DNA of 57,116 nt, the filler included, from Sphacelaria rigidula (lineage: Eukaryota): assembly GCA_964200075.2 (NCBI GenBank). It is 6 parts of 6 records of this genome, joined end to end, with 100 filler letters (N's around TTAATTAATTAA, not from the genome) between each part and the next. Parts side by side here need not be neighbours in the genome. Positions count along the whole stretch, not along the records: positions 47,682 to 57,116 come from CAXNAA020008506.1; 5 more parts are not named here. One strand, 5' to 3'. Below are positions 52,223-57,116 of this stretch, in pieces. Under the pieces are notes generated by a model. The model ran no database searches. It was given only the letters and a program-made list of their open reading frames with translations, and had not been told where the DNA came from. Made by a program: the position numbers and the translations under genes. Positions within the stretch are counted from its first letter, which is position 1. Each line of letters starts with the position of its first letter.

Positions 52223-53231
52223 GTCGTTGAGAATTAGTGATATAGACACATACACACTGCCGTGCGGGTTGATATGATGTATTTCTCGTTGATGGAAACT
52301 TGAGCACCTTCTTTCATGGTCGCGACATCGCGCGGCGACGACATACGCGGGGTGCGTATATATAGGCGCGGGTGCGAGGAACAATAATCAACCAGCCGCC
52401 TATGTTATGCATGTACACACTCACTATCACATGCATGCTCCGGACGCACCGCGATATAACATAATGCAACATACAGGCCGCGTACGATATGCTGCACGTT
52501 GTTCAAGTCCTTTTCACGTCACACTGTAGGTAGAGAACATACACATGCATTGTCCTGCGCTGTCTGTACTGTACTTTATCTCGGACAGCAGGAGAAGCTA
52601 TTCAAAACAGATCCTTTTTTCGCCCATTGTGTTTGGGCAAAACATGGATATATTTCGAATAGCAGAAGAATCTATTCAAAATAGATCCTTTTTTCGCCCA
52701 TATAAATTGGGGAAAAAAATGATCTATTTCGAACAGCTTATTTTGCTGCGCAAATCCCATGCACACTGGCAGATTTCGAATTAGAACAGCAGAAGACGCT
52801 CAAAATAAATATTCCCTTCGCCCTCCAATTTCATTCGGAAATTGGAGGAAAAGAGATTCATTGCAAGCAGCGTCAGCTGTGCATATCCTGCATACTGCAC
52901 CGTTACCAGCGTATGGGATCATATACGCAACAAAGGTTGGTGAGAACAATTCATCCTATAGCCCCAAAGGATGAATATTTCTCAACAGCTTCCGCTGAGT
53001 AGACATCCCACACATTGGTTACGTGTGTATGCCCTTACCTATGCGTCAAGCACAAACTTGGCGTGATAAATTGCTGGTGGAACGGGATATACCTCGCATA
53101 TCAGTCTACATTGTTTTTGAAAACCCCGTGGTGCGCAGTCTACCAAAATCACTCAACCGAGTATGCTTTTGTTTAAAGAGGTTTTTGCTTGATAGTTATT
53201 AGAAGCACAACATATTTCGAATGTTCCAACA

Positions 53232-53322
53232 GGCCAGGCAGCTCAACGTGCACACTAACGCACTTCAAAGCACAATAATGTGGGTTTGAATCCCACTGCT
53301 GTAATTTCTTAACCGTATTTTT
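53232..53322 (+). promoter_or_regulatory. Degenerate tRNA-like Pol III cassette in the right TIR
   Basis: CAGCTCAACGTG, B box starting 44 nt later within a perfect T-arm GTGGG-TTTGAAT-CCCAC, then TTTTT. Confidence 0.5.
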
Positions 53323-53974
53323 CTGCCAGTGCCATGCCCATGCTGTAGAGAGTATATTGTATGTGCGCTGCAAAGGCTGTACAGCATATTACCGGCGATG
53401 AATTCTACACGGAGTGACAAAACCCTGTGAAGCGCCCTGTGTGGCACGAAATAATACCCTACAATCAAATCCCGCGAGGAACCCTGCACAATTTCCCTGA
53501 AACCCTGTGAAGCGTCCTGTGGGGCGCAAAAACAAACTGCAGCCAGATCCCCGCGAGAAACACTGCACAGTGTCCCTGAACCCTGTAGACGTGCCCCACA
53601 GGGTGCTATTTGTCCACGTGTGCTTTTTTCACCCAATTTCAGGTATTCTTGGTGGTGTACAAATTCCGTCTACTATATAGAGTGTATACTTCGAAGTATG
53701 GGATTATCTGTATAGCTGAAGCTCTTCGAAATGAATCCCTTTTTCCTTATATTCGAAGCTTGGAATTAGGATTTATTTCGAATGAATCCTTTTTGCCCTA
53801 TCCCAAGTTTGGAATTAGGATTTATTTCGAACAGCAGCGGCTGTCCAAATTCCAGATTTTCATTACACTTATGCCTCTGAAACCAATCCGAGGGATTTCA
53901 GTGTTATTGACACGGACCTTCGAGGGCTCCAAAATTCAGAAGTACAAAAAATAAATCTAATCCCTACCTTCCAT

Positions 53975-55100
53975 TCATACAGCGTGAACCATGGGTACAT
54001 GTTTCGACCATTCTTTCATGCGGTATGAATCATACGTTCATGTTTCGCACGTGTCATTCACGCGGTGTGAATCAAGCGGTCATGTTTCCCACACTTCGGC
54101 CATACGGCACGACTCACATGCACACTTCCCACACTTTATTTATTCCCATTATTTAAACTGACATGAGTCAAGTGCACATTGTTCAGACCACCATTTCACG
54201 CGCCAGGAGCCTTTTTCTACTTCAGTGCATAGTCCGCAACTGTCATTCATGCGGCAAGACTCTTTGGTATAATTTCCGGATCCTCACTTTGTGCGGGACG
54301 CCTTTTGCGTATTGAGATGAATGCAACTGGTGACTGATGGTGCACATATATCACAACATGTCATATGTTGACGTGCACGTTTCTGTAAGAGGCAGATCTG
54401 TTCAATCACTCAGGACGAATGGGCGGATGAAACGCTTTGAGCTCTTCGGTCGGACATCTGTTGAATCCGCATGATTGAAAAGTAAATATAGCACCCAGAT
54501 GACCCATACTGGTGGTCCAAGGTCAACCCTTCAACAGCCAGGGTGGACTGTCTGGATCATGATAATGTTGAGGGGTGTACTCATGATCATGCTTGCCATA
54601 GTCATCAGACCATTGACCTCGCATCCCTACAAAGCCGGGACGGAGCATAACGTTGAGGGGAAGAAGTGATGTTGATTCAGCGGATGACCTACCTTGGCAG
54701 CCAATCGGTCGAGGCGCGAGTGTTAGGAAACGCCGATCATCGGTGTAGTGATTGCTTGGTTGTTTGCCTGAATCAGCTCGTATGATTCCAACGAAAACGG
54801 GGATTAATTCCCGCTTGTCACAAATGATTCATAGGGCATGAATTAAGCGTACATATTTCCCAGCTGCCATTCTTACGGCATTAATCAAGCGCACATGTTT
54901 CCCACTCACGATTTGTGCGAGATGAATCGAATTTATATATTCATCATCGATGACTCGTACAAGAACTGCGATTCGTACGTATGATGTGCTCCGTAATCGT
55001 CGTGTAAAACTATTTGGAGCTTAATAAATCCTGCTCGTAATCCGTGCGATACCACCTCAAGTTTCCATCCGTGACTCATACGTGACGACGTTTTCGCACA
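53975..55100 (+). repeat. Two clusters of degenerate 42-bp tandem repeats
   Basis: Units start at 54015/54057 and 54828/54870 (ttca.gcggt.tgaatca..cg.tcatgtttc.cac). Confidence 0.75.
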
Positions 55101-55667
55101 CGAATCATTCTCAACACTTATGGGGAGTCAACCTCCATGAAATCTGATTCGTTTGACCCCTGAAATATTTCCTTTCTTCTCTGTACATCATAATTTACCG
55201 CGCATCTATAATTCTTCAGAGCCGTTTTTGCTGTTTTGCCAGCATACGTCCTGAATCAAATTTGTGCTTGTTCTCACCATAGTGTTCGCGTTTTCTCACA
55301 ACTGCAGTTTCATATTATATGTTCACGATCATGCGGGGGAGGGGAGACCTAGCAAAATGTCGTGAGTCCTGTACTGACCTGCAGCACATTCTTCTTGTTA
55401 CCTCGACCGGGCTTGGCATACATACGCCGTATCTCGTCCTTCACTTCTCCAAATGCTATCTGCGACCATAAAACCGAACAAAACGAACATTCCGCGATTC
55501 ACACCGATGAATGGAAGCTTTAAGAACAGAAAAAATAATGAGTTTCTCCCCATGGTGGTGTACATGCAGGTGCAAATTATATGTGCAATATAGACTTGCT
55601 CAGCTGCACCTCAAAAGTAGGACAGCAAGTAAATTCCCCCCGAAACCGAGGTTTGATTAAATAGTTC

Positions 55668-56130
55668 GATTGATTGATTGTCCAAGATGAACTTATTCGC
55701 TATAAATCCAGCAGTGGCCAGGAGCTAGACCGATCAACCTAAGGAAAATCACCGGTAACACTCGCTTAATGACACTCGGGAAACGACGACCAATAACAGA
55801 TGGAGAGCAGGCAGAGTGATTTTCAAGCGGAAACGTGGAGGAAGGTAGGGCGAGGAAGGACAGGCATGGAAGGGAAAAAAGAGAAAAGCAAAGGCAAGGA
55901 AGGGAAAGACAAGAAAGGGAAGGGCAACGAAAGAAATGGCGAGGTAAGAAATGACGAGGAAAGAGAAGAAAAGGAAAGGAAAGGAAAGGAAAGGAGAGAG
56001 AAAAAAAGAGAAGGGAAGTAGGGAAGCAAGAAAAAGCGCTTGGCTCAGATCTGGTACAGGTCCTCAAAACGAGAGAGGAGCAAAAAAGAGAAAACGAAAC
56101 TGGCGGACCCCTGCGGCTGTTTGGGAAAAA
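55668..56130 (-). mobile_element. Possible non-LTR retroelement 3' end: pyrimidine-rich UTR and (CAAT)n tail
   Basis: (GATT)3-GTC at 55668 and a GA-rich tract at ~55840-56030; no RT motif visible. Confidence 0.35.
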
Positions 56131-57080
56131 TAGAAAAGTTGATGTGCCTCCCCCGTAAACAGTCAATAGTCTCGCAGAGTATCTTGGTCACATTTTCCGT
56201 GCACAACACAAGGTCCCCGCTTCCTATTGTAGCTGCCAACGTATACGCATAAAACTGATTCCTCCTCAACGTCTCCCCCGTAACATCAAGATCTTCACCG
56301 AAAGTATGGCCATGTTTCCACGACAGTTTGCCGTATGAGGCCGAGAACTCTCAAACAACAGCAAATGAAGCCTGTTCAATGAAATGATGATCAACGCCGG
56401 TTCGTCATGCTTCACGGGAAACGTGTAGAAAGTAATCGTGTCGAAAATGTGTATGCTCAGGCGAGCTGCGGCCACCCAAATCCGGACAAATGCGTGTATG
56501 TATATGAATATCCGTAAAGGGGATTTTCCTTGTTTTCTAGTGTCCCTGATCATCGGCGGTCGTAGGGTACGTCTCTTGGCTTTCGTGTGCGGATGCTGCT
56601 GCTTAACCCAATTGTGCACACAGTTTGAAGGCCATCGCTTCATAATGTATGTGCGACACATTCCAGGACGCTGCGCAAAATATTATAGGAGGAAGGGTTG
56701 GTCAAACGATAGAGTTTCCTCGTAGATTTTGCCCGCTGTATTTTGATGTCGCTTTTCCTACAATTTTATTTTTCAATCCCAAGTTCGAAACCAAATCTTG
56801 AGCGTTACGGACATTTGCTGTACATCATCACTCTCGCGGCAGTCCCTCCAACCTTGCTGTAGTCCTCCATCCGCAGAGCGTCAATCATGGTGGGCCAGAA
56901 TAGATCGGGGTTTCAAGCAATATAGAACATCATCCCCGTATGAGCTTTTTCATGGAGGAGCGAAAACTGGTACAGAGCACACTCCTTTCGCTCGGTAACT
57001 CCTTAACTAGGTAGGGGTCACTCTCTCAGCTCTAATGCAGAGAGTGTGTCGACACCGTTCCAAAGTTACTGCTGACATTA

Positions 57081-57116
57081 GAGTCATCCTACGATAGCGG
57101 GGGGGGGGTATTTTGG
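57081..57116 (+). mobile_element. Terminus of another GAGTCATCCTACGATAG MITE running out of the window
   Basis: Matches the TIR of 51117-51328. Confidence 0.75.

Larger units (their letters stand above)
51813..53622. mobile_element. 1.8-kb non-autonomous DNA transposon with CACACGTGGACA termini and ~400-bp degenerate TIRs (CMC/EnSpm-like by terminus only)
   Basis: catacgtggacagatagcaccctgtgg versus ccacagggtgctatttgtccacgtgtg; inverted homology continues to ~52230 and ~53230. Internal ~74-bp repeats at 52581-52737. Second copy at 28362. No TSD seen. Confidence 0.85.

Noticed and set aside
52150-53322. Functional tRNA genes
   Set aside because: Acceptor and anticodon stems do not pair; reported only as tRNA-like cassettes.
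55693-56166. Phe/Leu/Ser-rich and Lys/Glu-rich ORFs
   Set aside because: Translations of a GA-rich low-complexity tract.

Overview
Eukaryotic, intron-rich and repeat-dense DNA. The copia gag/pol style, intron style and dynein sequence suggest a stramenopile such as a brown alga (inference). The window is six contigs joined by five artificial 100-bp N/TTAATTAATTAA/N linkers, so adjacency across linkers is unproven. One intact host gene fragment is present: 19 consecutive in-frame exons (820 codons) of an axonemal outer-arm-type dynein heavy chain at 38397-47162 (+). The rest is mostly transposon material. (1) A spliced, decayed Mutator (MULE) transposase (361-8081, +) whose introns hold splice-site-bounded exons of an unknown antisense gene. 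(2) A decayed multi-exon gene with Academ/DUF6589-like motifs (~12-17 kb). (3) Two related Ty1/copia elements head-to-head around a ~3-kb foldback element built of ~240-bp hairpin-containing units. (4) A family of GAG-terminated MITEs with 4-bp target-site duplications (Sola2-like). (5) CACA-terminated TIR elements, one with tRNA-like Pol III cassettes inside both long TIRs. (6) Several palindromic MITEs and 41-43-bp tandem arrays. All calls were made by eye; no searches were run.
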